64,000 nucleotides of DNA from positions 25,274-89,273 of the forward strand of contig CAILLM010000009.1 of assembly GCA_903835075.1 (NCBI GenBank), written 5' to 3'. The notes under the pieces were generated by a model. It did not search any database and was not told the DNA's origin. It worked only from the letters and a program-made list of their open reading frames with translations. Source of the DNA: Candidatus Staskawiczbacteria bacterium. GTDB lineage: Bacteria > Patescibacteriota > Minisyncoccia > Minisyncoccales > Staskawiczbacteraceae. A program made the translations under genes and the position numbers. Positions 1 through 9,091 of this stretch are shown one piece after another; position 1 is the stretch's first letter; each line of letters opens with the position of its first letter.

Positions 1-558
1 AATCGTGTGTGGAAAGGAATGAGTGGGAAGACCTGTTTAATATCGTTGTTTATGCAATGAAAACGCTCGATAGTGTTTTGGACAAGCTAGAGGTGTATCC
101 AGATAACATGATGCGGGAAATTGATGATTCACATGGAACATATGCTGGTTTGGCTGCTCGCGACTTTTTGGTCAGTTTGGGATTTGATGATCAGGAGGCG
201 TATCGCATTATTCAAGTTTCTGGGTGGATGACCTTAATGCCAACGTTAGTTGGTGAGCAGATGCGACAAGGTGTTTGCCTCTGTCAAAGAAGCAATCGCG
301 TATCTTGGCTCTATTCGCCAAGAACGTCGTGCAATAGTGATTCCAACAATCCAAGAAATCATTTGCGAACATCGTCTCGAGTGCATTCCTACTCTGGAGC
401 CCACTGCTGAACAAATCGTTGACTGGAACGATAGGTTACGGATAAACTTCGAACACCCAGATGTTGTTGCTCAGTGGAACCGCATTTTTGAGTCCGCATT
501 TGAGCGAACATTTAAGAATGAAGCTAAGCTGTATTGGGAAGTCCTTGGGGACGAATAA
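1..558 (+). pseudogene. purB: adenylosuccinate lyase (PurB-like) 3' portion, truncated by the window edge and apparently frameshifted
   Basis: ORF 9..410 starts with a PurB C-terminal-like stretch (LEVYPDNMMREID...GFDDQEAYRIIQ), then turns into Cys/Ser/Arg-rich junk. Protein-like sequence resumes in another frame (250..558, KVFASVKEAIAYLG...IFESAFERTF) and ends just before a terminator. The frame switch lies roughly between 215 and 275. Confidence 0.5.
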
Positions 559-575
559 CGGTTTTCTATGTTATG

Positions 576-612
576 AGCCTTGTTGCGCTTGCGCAACTGG
601 GCTTCTTTTTTT
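576..612 (+). terminator. hairpin + T-run terminator
   Basis: AGCC..GTTGCGC/GCGCAAC..GGCT stem followed by cttttttt. Confidence 0.6.
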
Positions 613-738
613 GCATTGACGAATTTTTTGAAATTTGTTAGTCTGACAATACCGTGGCTCTAAGTGGAGCCACAAACCCGTTCGTTGAAAATTCGAATTA
701 TTAGAAACGAACACAACCACCACTAGCCATATCAAACC

Positions 739-1722
739 ATGAGTACGACTATCAAGCCTCGCTTCACAGGGGTATCTTTGAAGGGCGGATGCCTTATGGG
801 CATAAGAGTTGAAGGATGCGAAGTCCAAACTGGAAAAGTGCGGGACATGCCCTTGTTTGAAACGGAAGCGTTGCCAGTTTGTAGCGACAGACTTAGCGGT
901 TTTGATGTAGTCGTCAAAACTCCTATTCCTGACAAGGGGCGTCTGTTGAATGCGATGACTGAGTTCTGGTATCCCAAAACTGCACATATAATCCAGAACT
1001 GTTTCCTTTCTACTGAAATGGAAGAATTTGAAAAGCGCATCGAAGTGGGCGAATGGGCGAGGTACATCAACAATCGCTCAATGCTGGTTCGCAGAGCAAC
1101 GCCGTTGCTAATTGAATGCGTTGTGCGTGGTTTTCTTTACGGGAGCGGTCTCAAGGATTACAAAGCTACTGGTTCTATCTGCGGGATTAAGTTGCCCGAA
1201 GGAATGCGTGAGGCTGATAAGTTCCACGAGCCAATATTCACTCCGTCTGATAAGGCGCCTAAGGGCAAACACGATACAAACATCACTTTTCAGCAAGCAT
1301 GCGATATTGTCGGAGAAAAACTGGCTCGCAGAGTCAGGGAGATTTCGCTGGAATTGTATAAATTCGCTTATGATTATGCACTCAAGCGCGGGATCATTAT
1401 CGCCGACGTCAAGTTTGAATTTGGGTTGATAGGTGACCAGCTCTTCCTTATTGACGAAGTTTTCACCTGCGATAGTACACGTATGTGGCCGGTTGGAGAT
1501 TATGAGCCCGGTCGTTCTCAGTCCAGCTTCGACAAACAGTATGTTAGAGACTATTTACAATCGCTTTGCGACCGTGGCATTTGGAACAAAACATACGATG
1601 ATGTTCCTGAATTGCCGGAAGAAGTGGTTAGAAATACAACCATGAAATATCAGGAAGCATTGCGCATTATTACTGGTCCCGAGTTGTCGAGCGTGAGAAT
1701 CCCTGCGTATCTTAAAAACTAA
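739..1722 (+). CDS. purC: phosphoribosylaminoimidazole-succinocarboxamide (SAICAR) synthase
   Basis: 327 aa with GKVRD and SDRLSGFD motifs and overall SAICAR synthase-like sequence. Confidence 0.85.
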   Translation: MSTTIKPRFTGVSLKGGCLMGIRVEGCEVQTGKVRDMPLFETEALPVCSDRLSGFDVVVKTPIPDKGRLLNAMTEFWYPKTAHIIQNCFLSTEMEEFEKRIEVGEWARYINNRSMLVRRATPLLIECVVRGFLYGSGLKDYKATGSICGIKLPEGMREADKFHEPIFTPSDKAPKGKHDTNITFQQACDIVGEKLARRVREISLELYKFAYDYALKRGIIIADVKFEFGLIGDQLFLIDEVFTCDSTRMWPVGDYEPGRSQSSFDKQYVRDYLQSLCDRGIWNKTYDDVPELPEEVVRNTTMKYQEALRIITGPELSSVRIPAYLKN

Positions 1723-1726
1723 AGTC

Positions 1727-2260
1727 ATGAAACCGAAAAATGTTTTGGTGCTGCTGGGAAGTGTAAATGACTGGAAGAAAGTCAAACACATATTCGAAAC
1801 CTTAGAATGGGGTCTTTCGATTGAAGTAAAGGCATTTAGTTGTCACTTTCACCCGGCCAAGATTAGGAAACTGGGGCAACTGATAGCTTATGCGGATGCG
1901 AAGACTTATGATTTGGTAATTTGCGTGGGAGGCTTGGCACTTGCCTTACCCGGCATATTGGATGCATGGATACGTTTTTACGGAGGCTTTGTACCGGTTG
2001 CAGGAGTTGCGCTTGGTGAACCCGGAACTCGGGAATTGCTTGCCGCTCAATATTCAATAGAATACATTCCTAATAACCCGTTGGTTCTGACGCCAGAAGG
2101 GCATGCTTACACGGGCCCCGATGGACTTCAGTGGCTTCTGGAATCATTCCAACTTGGGAATTTGTCTATTGTATTGAAAGAGCGCCCCGATAAACCTTTT
2201 GGTGAGGATATTTGGCACAACTGTCCGGACGACGAGGTTCTTCGGTTGCCGGAAGAATAA
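1727..2260 (+). CDS. divergent PurE-like (AIR carboxylase/mutase fold) protein
   Basis: 177 aa. LLGSVNDW, SCHFHP (in place of SAHRTP) and VGGLALALPGI (in place of AGGAAHLPGM) align by eye to PurE blocks, but with substitutions at conserved residues. Confidence 0.55.
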   Translation: MKPKNVLVLLGSVNDWKKVKHIFETLEWGLSIEVKAFSCHFHPAKIRKLGQLIAYADAKTYDLVICVGGLALALPGILDAWIRFYGGFVPVAGVALGEPGTRELLAAQYSIEYIPNNPLVLTPEGHAYTGPDGLQWLLESFQLGNLSIVLKERPDKPFGEDIWHNCPDDEVLRLPEE

Positions 2261-2279
2261 CCACTTTTCGTTTCTCAGA

Positions 2280-2314
2280 CCCCGCAGGTGCTTGCACTGG
2301 TGGGGATTTTTTTT
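2280..2314 (+). terminator. hairpin + T8 terminator
   Basis: CCCCGCAGGTGC/GCACTGGTGGGG imperfect stem followed by atttttttt. Confidence 0.7.
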
Positions 2315-2343
2315 GTTCTAAAAATTTGTTATAATAATTTAAG

Positions 2344-3051
2344 ATGGCCGAGAAAAAAATAAAATTATCACCAAATTCGTTGAACCTTTTTTTGGATTGC
2401 CCACATTGTTTTTGGCTAGATAAAAATTTAGGAATTAAAAGACCTCCGCCATATCCTTATGCCTTAAATTCAGCGGTTGACGCCTTATTAAAAGAAGAAT
2501 TTGATACTTACCGAGCAAAAAAAATACCGCACCCAATTTTTAAAGAAAACCATATTAAAGCTCATTTATTCGGCAATCAAAAACTGTTAAACCAGTGGAG
2601 AAATAATTTGGCGGGTATAAGATATTTTGACGAAGATTTAAAAGCAACATTGTTTGGTGCGGTTGATGACATTTTGGAATTTGACCCTTCGGCGGGCTCA
2701 GGGCAGGTAGGGGCGCTGGCCCCACTAGATTATAAATCAACAGGAAGTACGGCAGAAAAAGTTTATGACAGATTTCAATTACAGCTAGACACATATACAT
2801 TTTTATTAGAAAAAAATGGATATAAAACAGCGGGTAAGGGTTATTTAGCGTTTTATATTGTAGATAAAAGTAGGGGATTCATAGATAGGTTGCCCTTTCG
2901 AAAAGAAATAGTAGAAATAGAAACAAACCCCGCAGATGTTCACGAAATTTTTAAGGATGCTGTGGATACTTTAAGAATGGCAACCCCACCAAAACATAGT
3001 TCTGACTGCGCATTCGGAAAATTTCTAAAGAGTGCAAAAGGTTTTAATTAA
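2344..3051 (+). CDS. PD-(D/E)XK (Cas4/RecB-like) nuclease family protein
   Basis: 235 aa. N-terminal CPHC, GAVDD...PLDYKS (D...DxK arrangement) and a C-terminal Cys. Confidence 0.55.
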   Translation: MAEKKIKLSPNSLNLFLDCPHCFWLDKNLGIKRPPPYPYALNSAVDALLKEEFDTYRAKKIPHPIFKENHIKAHLFGNQKLLNQWRNNLAGIRYFDEDLKATLFGAVDDILEFDPSAGSGQVGALAPLDYKSTGSTAEKVYDRFQLQLDTYTFLLEKNGYKTAGKGYLAFYIVDKSRGFIDRLPFRKEIVEIETNPADVHEIFKDAVDTLRMATPPKHSSDCAFGKFLKSAKGFN

Positions 3052-3105
3052 TGTTAAAAAGTTGTATAATACAATAGTTAGGTAATCAAACTAATTAATA
3101 AAAAT

Positions 3106-4668
3106 ATGAAAATAAAAGTTCCCAATTTCTTGAAAAATATATTTACAGGTAAGCATAAAAAAAGAAACATATGGCTGACCATAATTTTGGTAATTGTAAT
3201 TATTATTGGTTTTTTAGTTTTTAGTCCCAAAAATAATACAGGTTCTATACAAACTGGGTTTGTTGCAAAACAAAATTTGCAGGAAACAGTTTTGTCTACT
3301 GGGCAGGTTGTTAGCTCAACTGATTTGAGTTTAAGTTTCCAAGGCAGTGGAGTTGTTAAAAAAGTATCCGTAAAAGAAGGAGACAAAGTAACCCAAGGAC
3401 AAGTCTTAGCAACGCTTGATGCTGCTTCGGCATATGCGACCTTAACATCTGCTAGTGGATCTTTGATGCAGGCGCAAGCTAATTATGATAAACTATTGGC
3501 TGGCGCTTCTCGGCCAACAGTTCAGGTTTCTCAAGATGCTGTTAACTCTTCAAAGCAAGACATAACAAACGCCTATAACGGTGCAATAAATACTTTAAAT
3601 ATAGGATATACTGCCGTATATATCGCAGATTTTTTGGCTAAGTCAACCGAGGATGCATATTTTCCTACTTATGATTTAGTTGGTCTTGAGGTTAGAAATG
3701 CGAAACTTGAAATAGATGGCATTGTACAGAACATAAAAAGTTCCTTGGACGCGGTTAAGGTAAATCCAATGCAGCAAGGCATTGACGCATTAGTTTCTCA
3801 AGAAATTATAGCTCTGAATACAACTTACAACGACATAAATGTTATTCGTGTGCAAACCGATGCAGATACATATTCCAGCAGAATTCCCGATTTACAAAGG
3901 ACTGCCCTGGATGCGCAGAAGGCGTCAATAAGCTCTGCATTATTGGGCGCTACTTCTTTACAACAAAATTTGGCTTCTTTAAAATTAGCTTTGCAAAGAG
4001 CAGAAGACCAACTAAGCGTGACTACTGCCGTACCAACTCAGGCTGATCTTGATTTGGCTGCCGGTCAGGTGCTTTCGGCTCAAGGTCAAGTTAATGCAGC
4101 TCAGGCTGTTTTGAATAATTTAATTATTAAGGCACCTGCTGACGGAACAATCACTCAAGTTGATGTTAAGGTGGGTGAATTGGCAACGCCATCAAAAGAG
4201 GCAATAATTTTACAAGATGTAGGGAGTCTTCATGCAGAGGCTAATGTGAGTGAAGCAAATGTTGCAACAATACAAGTTGGTCAACCAATTGATTATACTT
4301 TTGATGCGCTTGGGCCCGACCAACATTTTTCAGGAACAGTTTTAACAATAAATCCTGCTTCAACAGTTATTTCTGGAGTGGTTGATTATTTGGTGAAAGG
4401 TAGTTTAGATAATATTCCAAACATAAGGCCTGGAATGACTGCTAATATGACAATATTGGTTGCTAAAAAAGACAATGCATTGGCAGTGCCATCAACAGCA
4501 GTAATTAATAAAAACAATAAGCAATATGTGAGGGTGATTGATAATCATAATAAAAAAACTTATCATGAAGTCCAGGTGCAAACAGGCTTGCAAGCAGACG
4601 GCGGGTTAATTGAAATTACTTCTGGACTTAATGACGGCCAGGAAATTATTATTTATATGAAATCGTAG
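3106..4668 (+). CDS. HlyD/MacA-type efflux adaptor (membrane fusion protein)
   Basis: 520 aa. N-terminal TM helix, lipoyl-like hairpins (VKEGDKVTQGQVLATLD; IKAPADGTITQVDVKVGE), long coiled-coil centre. First gene of an ABC operon. Confidence 0.75.
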   Translation: MKIKVPNFLKNIFTGKHKKRNIWLTIILVIVIIIGFLVFSPKNNTGSIQTGFVAKQNLQETVLSTGQVVSSTDLSLSFQGSGVVKKVSVKEGDKVTQGQVLATLDAASAYATLTSASGSLMQAQANYDKLLAGASRPTVQVSQDAVNSSKQDITNAYNGAINTLNIGYTAVYIADFLAKSTEDAYFPTYDLVGLEVRNAKLEIDGIVQNIKSSLDAVKVNPMQQGIDALVSQEIIALNTTYNDINVIRVQTDADTYSSRIPDLQRTALDAQKASISSALLGATSLQQNLASLKLALQRAEDQLSVTTAVPTQADLDLAAGQVLSAQGQVNAAQAVLNNLIIKAPADGTITQVDVKVGELATPSKEAIILQDVGSLHAEANVSEANVATIQVGQPIDYTFDALGPDQHFSGTVLTINPASTVISGVVDYLVKGSLDNIPNIRPGMTANMTILVAKKDNALAVPSTAVINKNNKQYVRVIDNHNKKTYHEVQVQTGLQADGGLIEITSGLNDGQEIIIYMKS

Positions 4669-4671
4669 CTC

Positions 4672-5388
4672 ATGTCACTTATTGAAATAGACAATTTAAA
4701 GAAAAATTATGTGAATGATGAAGTTGTCACTCATGTTTTGCATAATATAAATTTTAAAATAAATGAAGGAGAGTTTGTAGCAATAATGGGACCATCGGGT
4801 TCGGGCAAGTCAACTTTAATGCACATTTTAAGTTTTCTAGACAGGCCAACTTCAGGTGTTTATAAATTTGAAGGAAAAGATATAAAAGATTTTGATGATG
4901 ATTATTTGGCCAAACTAAGAAATGAAAAAGTTGGTTTTGTTTTTCAATCTTTTAATTTGTTGGCACGCACAACTGTTTTAGATAATGTGAAGTTGCCTTT
5001 GGTTTATAGTAAAATAAAAGATTTGGACAGCTTGGCAGAAAAAGCTTTAGAGTCTGTTGGTCTTTCTCACAGATTAAATTATTTTACTAATCAAATTTCT
5101 GGTGGAGAAAAACAAAGAGTGGCAATTGCAAGGGCGTTGGTGAATAATCCAGCAGTAATTTTTGCTGACGAGCCAACAGGAAATTTAGATTCAAAATCGG
5201 GTAATACTGTAATGTATATTTTGCAAAAATTAAATAATGAAGGTCACACAATTATTTTAGTTACTCATGAAACAGACACAGCAAACCACGCAAAAAGAAT
5301 TATCAAAATTAAAGACGGAGAAATTATTTCTGATGAAAAAATAACAAAAAGAACAATTGCCGAAGAAGATAAAGACTTAATTAAATAG
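4672..5388 (+). CDS. ABC transporter ATP-binding protein (MacB/LolD type)
   Basis: Walker A GPSGSGKST, signature ISGGEKQRVAIARAL, Walker B IFADEPTGNLD. Confidence 0.9.
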   Translation: MSLIEIDNLKKNYVNDEVVTHVLHNINFKINEGEFVAIMGPSGSGKSTLMHILSFLDRPTSGVYKFEGKDIKDFDDDYLAKLRNEKVGFVFQSFNLLARTTVLDNVKLPLVYSKIKDLDSLAEKALESVGLSHRLNYFTNQISGGEKQRVAIARALVNNPAVIFADEPTGNLDSKSGNTVMYILQKLNNEGHTIILVTHETDTANHAKRIIKIKDGEIISDEKITKRTIAEEDKDLIK

Positions 5389-5389
5389 T

Positions 5390-6661
5390 ATGGATTTTAT
5401 TGGAACAATTAGATTAGTTTTTAGAACTCTGCTTGCTAGAAAGGGCAGGTCTTTTTTGACTATTTTGGGAATTGTTATTGGCGTGGCGGGAGTGATTATT
5501 ATAATTTCTTTGGGGGCTGGTGCGCAAAGTTTAATTTTGGGTCAGGTTTTAAAGTTGGGTTCAAATTTATTAAGTGTTTCACCTGGTGGAGGTGACGCCA
5601 ATGGTCCGCCCTCAGCTGTTTATGGAGTTACTGTCACAACACTTGTTAATTCAGATGCTGATGCATTGCGAAGCAAAACGCAAGTGCCACATGCTGTAGC
5701 CGTAAACGCAATGGTTCGTGGGCCAGCCACAGTTGTTTGGCAAAATAAAAATGTTGACACAAATTTTATTGGCACAGATAGTAGCTATCCAGATGTTGTA
5801 AGCTTTGCAATGAAAGAAGGACTATTTATTAATCAACAAGAAGCAGGAGGAAATGCGAATGTTGCTGTTTTAGGTTCTACGGTAGCAGATGAATTATTTG
5901 GTGGTACCGGCGTTGACCCCATTGGACAAATTATAAAAATAAAAAATTCTTCACAGTCTCAGCCAGGTGGAGTCCCCTTAAGAATTATTGGAGTGGTAAC
6001 GCCGAGAGGTAGTTCATTTTTCCAAGACAATGATGACCAGGTTTTTTTGCCTTTAACAATTGGGCAAGAGCAATTGTTGGGAGTGCATTATTTACAGGCA
6101 ATAAATATAAAAGTTGATTTGGCTGATAATATTGAACAAACAAGGGCTGACGTAACAAGAGTTTTGAACCAAAACCATCATATTTTGCGCGCAGTTGACG
6201 CTGATTTTACGGTTTATAGTATCGCAGACGCGGTGAAGGTTTTAAGCACAATTACAGATGCTTTAAGATTATTTTTAACAGCTATGGCAGCATTGGCTTT
6301 AATTGTTGGTGGAATTGGAATTTTAAATATTATGCTGGCAACAGTTGCCGAGCGTACAAGAGAAATTGGTTTGCGAAAAGCAGTGGGAGCTACAAATGGA
6401 GCTGTTATGCGACAGTTTTTAATTGAAGCAGGAGTGTTAACTTTTTTGGGTGGAGTTATTGGAATTATTATTGGAGCTGTAATTTCATTTATAATATCTT
6501 TGGTTATGAAAAGTTTGGGATATGATTGGCAATTTGTAATTTCTATCACGTCTGTTTTGTTAGCAGTTGGAGTTTCTATTTTAACAGGCGTAATTTTTGG
6601 CTTATACCCAGCATTAAAAGCATCAAAATTAAATCCAATAGACGCATTAAGGTATGAATAG
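5390..6661 (+). CDS. ABC transporter permease (MacB/FtsX-like)
   Basis: 423 aa. N-terminal TM, large extracytoplasmic domain, C-terminal FtsX-like 3-TM block ending NPIDALRYE. Confidence 0.85.
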   Translation: MDFIGTIRLVFRTLLARKGRSFLTILGIVIGVAGVIIIISLGAGAQSLILGQVLKLGSNLLSVSPGGGDANGPPSAVYGVTVTTLVNSDADALRSKTQVPHAVAVNAMVRGPATVVWQNKNVDTNFIGTDSSYPDVVSFAMKEGLFINQQEAGGNANVAVLGSTVADELFGGTGVDPIGQIIKIKNSSQSQPGGVPLRIIGVVTPRGSSFFQDNDDQVFLPLTIGQEQLLGVHYLQAINIKVDLADNIEQTRADVTRVLNQNHHILRAVDADFTVYSIADAVKVLSTITDALRLFLTAMAALALIVGGIGILNIMLATVAERTREIGLRKAVGATNGAVMRQFLIEAGVLTFLGGVIGIIIGAVISFIISLVMKSLGYDWQFVISITSVLLAVGVSILTGVIFGLYPALKASKLNPIDALRYE

Positions 6662-7895
6662 TAAGGCATTAACACAATCTATAAAGGCGCTGTCTGCGAA
6701 TCCTGTTCGTACGTTTTTAACTACTTTGGGAATTATGATTGGTATTGCAACAGTTATAACGGTTTTATCAGCTGGAGCAGGATTTAGAAGTTTAATAAAT
6801 GATGAAATAAAATCTTTGGGAAGTGATACTTTATTTATAAAAACGCGAGTCCCTCCTACAATAAAAAACAGGGCATCAACTTTAACTCCTGGAATTGCAG
6901 TTGGGATTACAACTTTTGTGCAAAGAGATTTAGATGATATTAAAAAACTAAACAATGTTACCAATGATTACGGAATGGTGACAGGAATGGCTATTGCTGG
7001 TTACCGCGACAACCAAAAAAATACTATTTATTTTGGATCTTCTGCAGAAAGATTTTCAATTGACCAGCACACTTTGAAAGAAGGGAGATTTTACACGCAA
7101 GCTGAGGATACGGGAGCCGCCCAAGTTGCAATTTTGGGAAGTAATATTGCAAAAAATTTATTTGTACAAGATGATCCTCTTGGAAAATTAGTTCACTTAG
7201 GAAATTTGAATTTTTTGGTGATTGGAGTATATGATGTTCAGGGATCTGTGGGCGGGCAGGGAGCAGATGATTCAATTTATGTGCCACTAGGGACTGCTCA
7301 GAAAAAAATGTTGGGAGTAAATTATATTACAGTAGCGGTTGTACAATTAAAAAATACAAATTTAGCTGATGCAACAGCTGCTCAAATTGCTTTAACCCTA
7401 GAACAAAATCATAACATTACAAACCCTGAAAAAAATGATTTCATTATCATGACGCAGGCGCAAGTTTTAGACATTTATAACACCATTTTTAATGGCATAA
7501 CAATTTTGTTAATTGCTATTGCATCAATTTCTTTGATTGTGGGTGGAGTAGGAATTATGAATATTATGTATGTGGTTGTTACTGAAAGAACAGCAGAAAT
7601 AGGGTTAAAAAAATCAGTTGGAGCAACCAATTCAGATATTTTAAAAGAATTTTTAATTGAATCTATTTTGGTAACTGTATTGGGGGGAGTTATCGGAATT
7701 TTATTGGGAACTTTATTAAGTTGGCTGGTTGCTGTTGTTGCAACAGCAAATGGTTTGACTTGGACGTTTACGGTACCCTTGTATGCAATTATAATTGCAG
7801 TGGGAGTTTCAGCTGCTATAGGAATTTCTTTTGGTGTCTTGCCAGCGAGGTCTGCAGCTAAATTAGACCCCATTGAAGCATTGCGTTACGAATAG
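6654..7895 (+). CDS. second ABC transporter permease (MacB/FtsX-like)
   Basis: 413 aa paralogue of the previous gene with the same architecture, ending DPIEALRYE. It has an 8-nt overlap with the upstream gene. Confidence 0.85.
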   Translation: MNSKALTQSIKALSANPVRTFLTTLGIMIGIATVITVLSAGAGFRSLINDEIKSLGSDTLFIKTRVPPTIKNRASTLTPGIAVGITTFVQRDLDDIKKLNNVTNDYGMVTGMAIAGYRDNQKNTIYFGSSAERFSIDQHTLKEGRFYTQAEDTGAAQVAILGSNIAKNLFVQDDPLGKLVHLGNLNFLVIGVYDVQGSVGGQGADDSIYVPLGTAQKKMLGVNYITVAVVQLKNTNLADATAAQIALTLEQNHNITNPEKNDFIIMTQAQVLDIYNTIFNGITILLIAIASISLIVGGVGIMNIMYVVVTERTAEIGLKKSVGATNSDILKEFLIESILVTVLGGVIGILLGTLLSWLVAVVATANGLTWTFTVPLYAIIIAVGVSAAIGISFGVLPARSAAKLDPIEALRYE

Positions 7896-7920
7896 TAGAT
7901 ATGGTAAAATTTAATAATAT

Positions 7921-8012
7921 CGCTCGGCAATAAACTTTTTTCCGATGCAGGTTACCCCCTTTGCCTCTACGGGCAAGTGGACCTGGGTCTACAAAAAGTT
8001 CATTGCCTCGCT
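7921..8012. repeat. long-hairpin repeat element, copy A
   Basis: Starts CGCTCGGCAATAAACTTTTT and ends AAAAAGTTCATTGCCTCGCT. The ends are imperfect inverted repeats shared with copy B at 15498..15575. The interior is GC-rich and self-complementary. Confidence 0.6.
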
Positions 8013-8020
8013 TAAATAAA

Positions 8021-8644
8021 ATGTACAAATTTAAATTTAAAAAATCATCAGGGCAAGCGTCAAAATTGCTTTTAGTTTTGGCGGTTGTTATTTTAGTGGC
8101 AGTAATTATTACTTTTTTAGTATTAAAAATGGCAGAAAAGCCAGCAGCTCCTGTAGCTCCTGTAGTCCAAACAATTCCACTTCCAGTTTACGAAAAACAA
8201 CTTGGTAATATTGATTTTATTTTTGAGTCTGCAATTGATAGGGGGCAGGTTTTAAAAGCTTCTGAAATTTTGAATAATTTATACGCAACTCATAGGGACT
8301 ATGTTATAGACAACCCCGGAGCTAAATTTATTCAAGTAACAATTGGTGCTCAAAATATGGGCACTATGAACACAAGCCAGGGGGCATGGATTATGCAAAA
8401 TATTGTTGATTCTAAAAATAGAGAGTTTGTTCCTTTAGATGGATTTAACATTAGTCCGTGGCTTCCTACTAATAATTCTTGCGGCGAATTGTTAAAGCCT
8501 GCATTTGACCCAACACCATGTACTAAAATTTATGAAGTTTCTAAAGAGTCTGCGGGGTTGAAAGTGAGGGTTGAAACCGGCAAAGATAATAGTCCCTCAT
8601 CTAGTAAAAAAGACACATTCTTAATAGATTTAATAGTTAAATAA
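8021..8644 (+). CDS. membrane-anchored hypothetical protein
   Basis: The ORF track starts at TTG 7961, inside the hairpin repeat. The first ATG (8021, MYKFKFKK) precedes a TM helix (LLLVLAVVILVAVIITFLVL). No recognised domain. Confidence 0.5.
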   Translation: MYKFKFKKSSGQASKLLLVLAVVILVAVIITFLVLKMAEKPAAPVAPVVQTIPLPVYEKQLGNIDFIFESAIDRGQVLKASEILNNLYATHRDYVIDNPGAKFIQVTIGAQNMGTMNTSQGAWIMQNIVDSKNREFVPLDGFNISPWLPTNNSCGELLKPAFDPTPCTKIYEVSKESAGLKVRVETGKDNSPSSSKKDTFLIDLIVK

Positions 8645-8648
8645 TAAC

Positions 8649-9071
8649 ATGTCAATTCAAGATAAAAGTGACGAAATAAAAGCTCCAGAAAAAGTTTCTG
8701 CAGAGCAAGAACAAGCAGTGCACTTTAAGCAGGAACACGAAAGAATTGTAGAGAAAAAAGAAAATGTTGATGACAAAATTATTTCAGCTGAGCTGAGAAG
8801 AGAAATAGAAATGATGGAATTAGATCCTGTTAATGCAAAAGCTGTAGAAGTTGAAAAAGAAAAAATAGAATATTTGGGAGAAAAAGAAAAAATAGAGCAC
8901 CTTTTGAGCATGGCCAGACAGAAAGGAATGGTTTTTGCAGTACAACTTGCAAAAAAAATGAATGAGCCATATTTATTGGATCTTTTGCACGATGTATTAG
9001 CAAAAGAAGGATTTTATCTAAAAATGCAAGCAACTACAACAGACGACGACAGTAATAATAAAAAAACTTAG
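8649..9071 (+). CDS. acidic coiled-coil hypothetical protein
   Basis: 140 aa, Glu/Lys-rich, tightly spaced between neighbouring genes. No recognised motif. Confidence 0.45.
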   Translation: MSIQDKSDEIKAPEKVSAEQEQAVHFKQEHERIVEKKENVDDKIISAELRREIEMMELDPVNAKAVEVEKEKIEYLGEKEKIEHLLSMARQKGMVFAVQLAKKMNEPYLLDLLHDVLAKEGFYLKMQATTTDDDSNNKKT

Positions 9072-9091
9072 AATTATGAAATTATAAATCT

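Noticed and set aside
613-738. Possible purine or ZTP riboswitch upstream of purC (hairpins GTGGCTC/GAGCCAC and GTTCGTT/AACGAAC)
   Set aside because: I could not find the conserved cores of either class: no purine-riboswitch loop-loop motifs and no ZTP CCGCCTGGGC-type block. These are probably ordinary leader structure.
6214-6964. Minus-strand ORFs of 153 aa and 105 aa (similar ones at 7475..7873, 16309..16740 and 22782..23102)
   Set aside because: They lie antisense to strongly supported genes (FtsX-type permeases, thpR, aspS). Their low-complexity Ile/Pro/Thr/Lys-rich translations are typical of mirror-frame artefacts in AT-rich DNA.
7961-8020. TTG start of ORF 7961..8644 (MPLRASGPGSTKSSLPRLNK…)
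   Set aside because: This N-terminal extension is encoded by the interior of the long-hairpin repeat element. The first ATG at 8021 is followed at once by a plausible basic N-terminus and TM helix.
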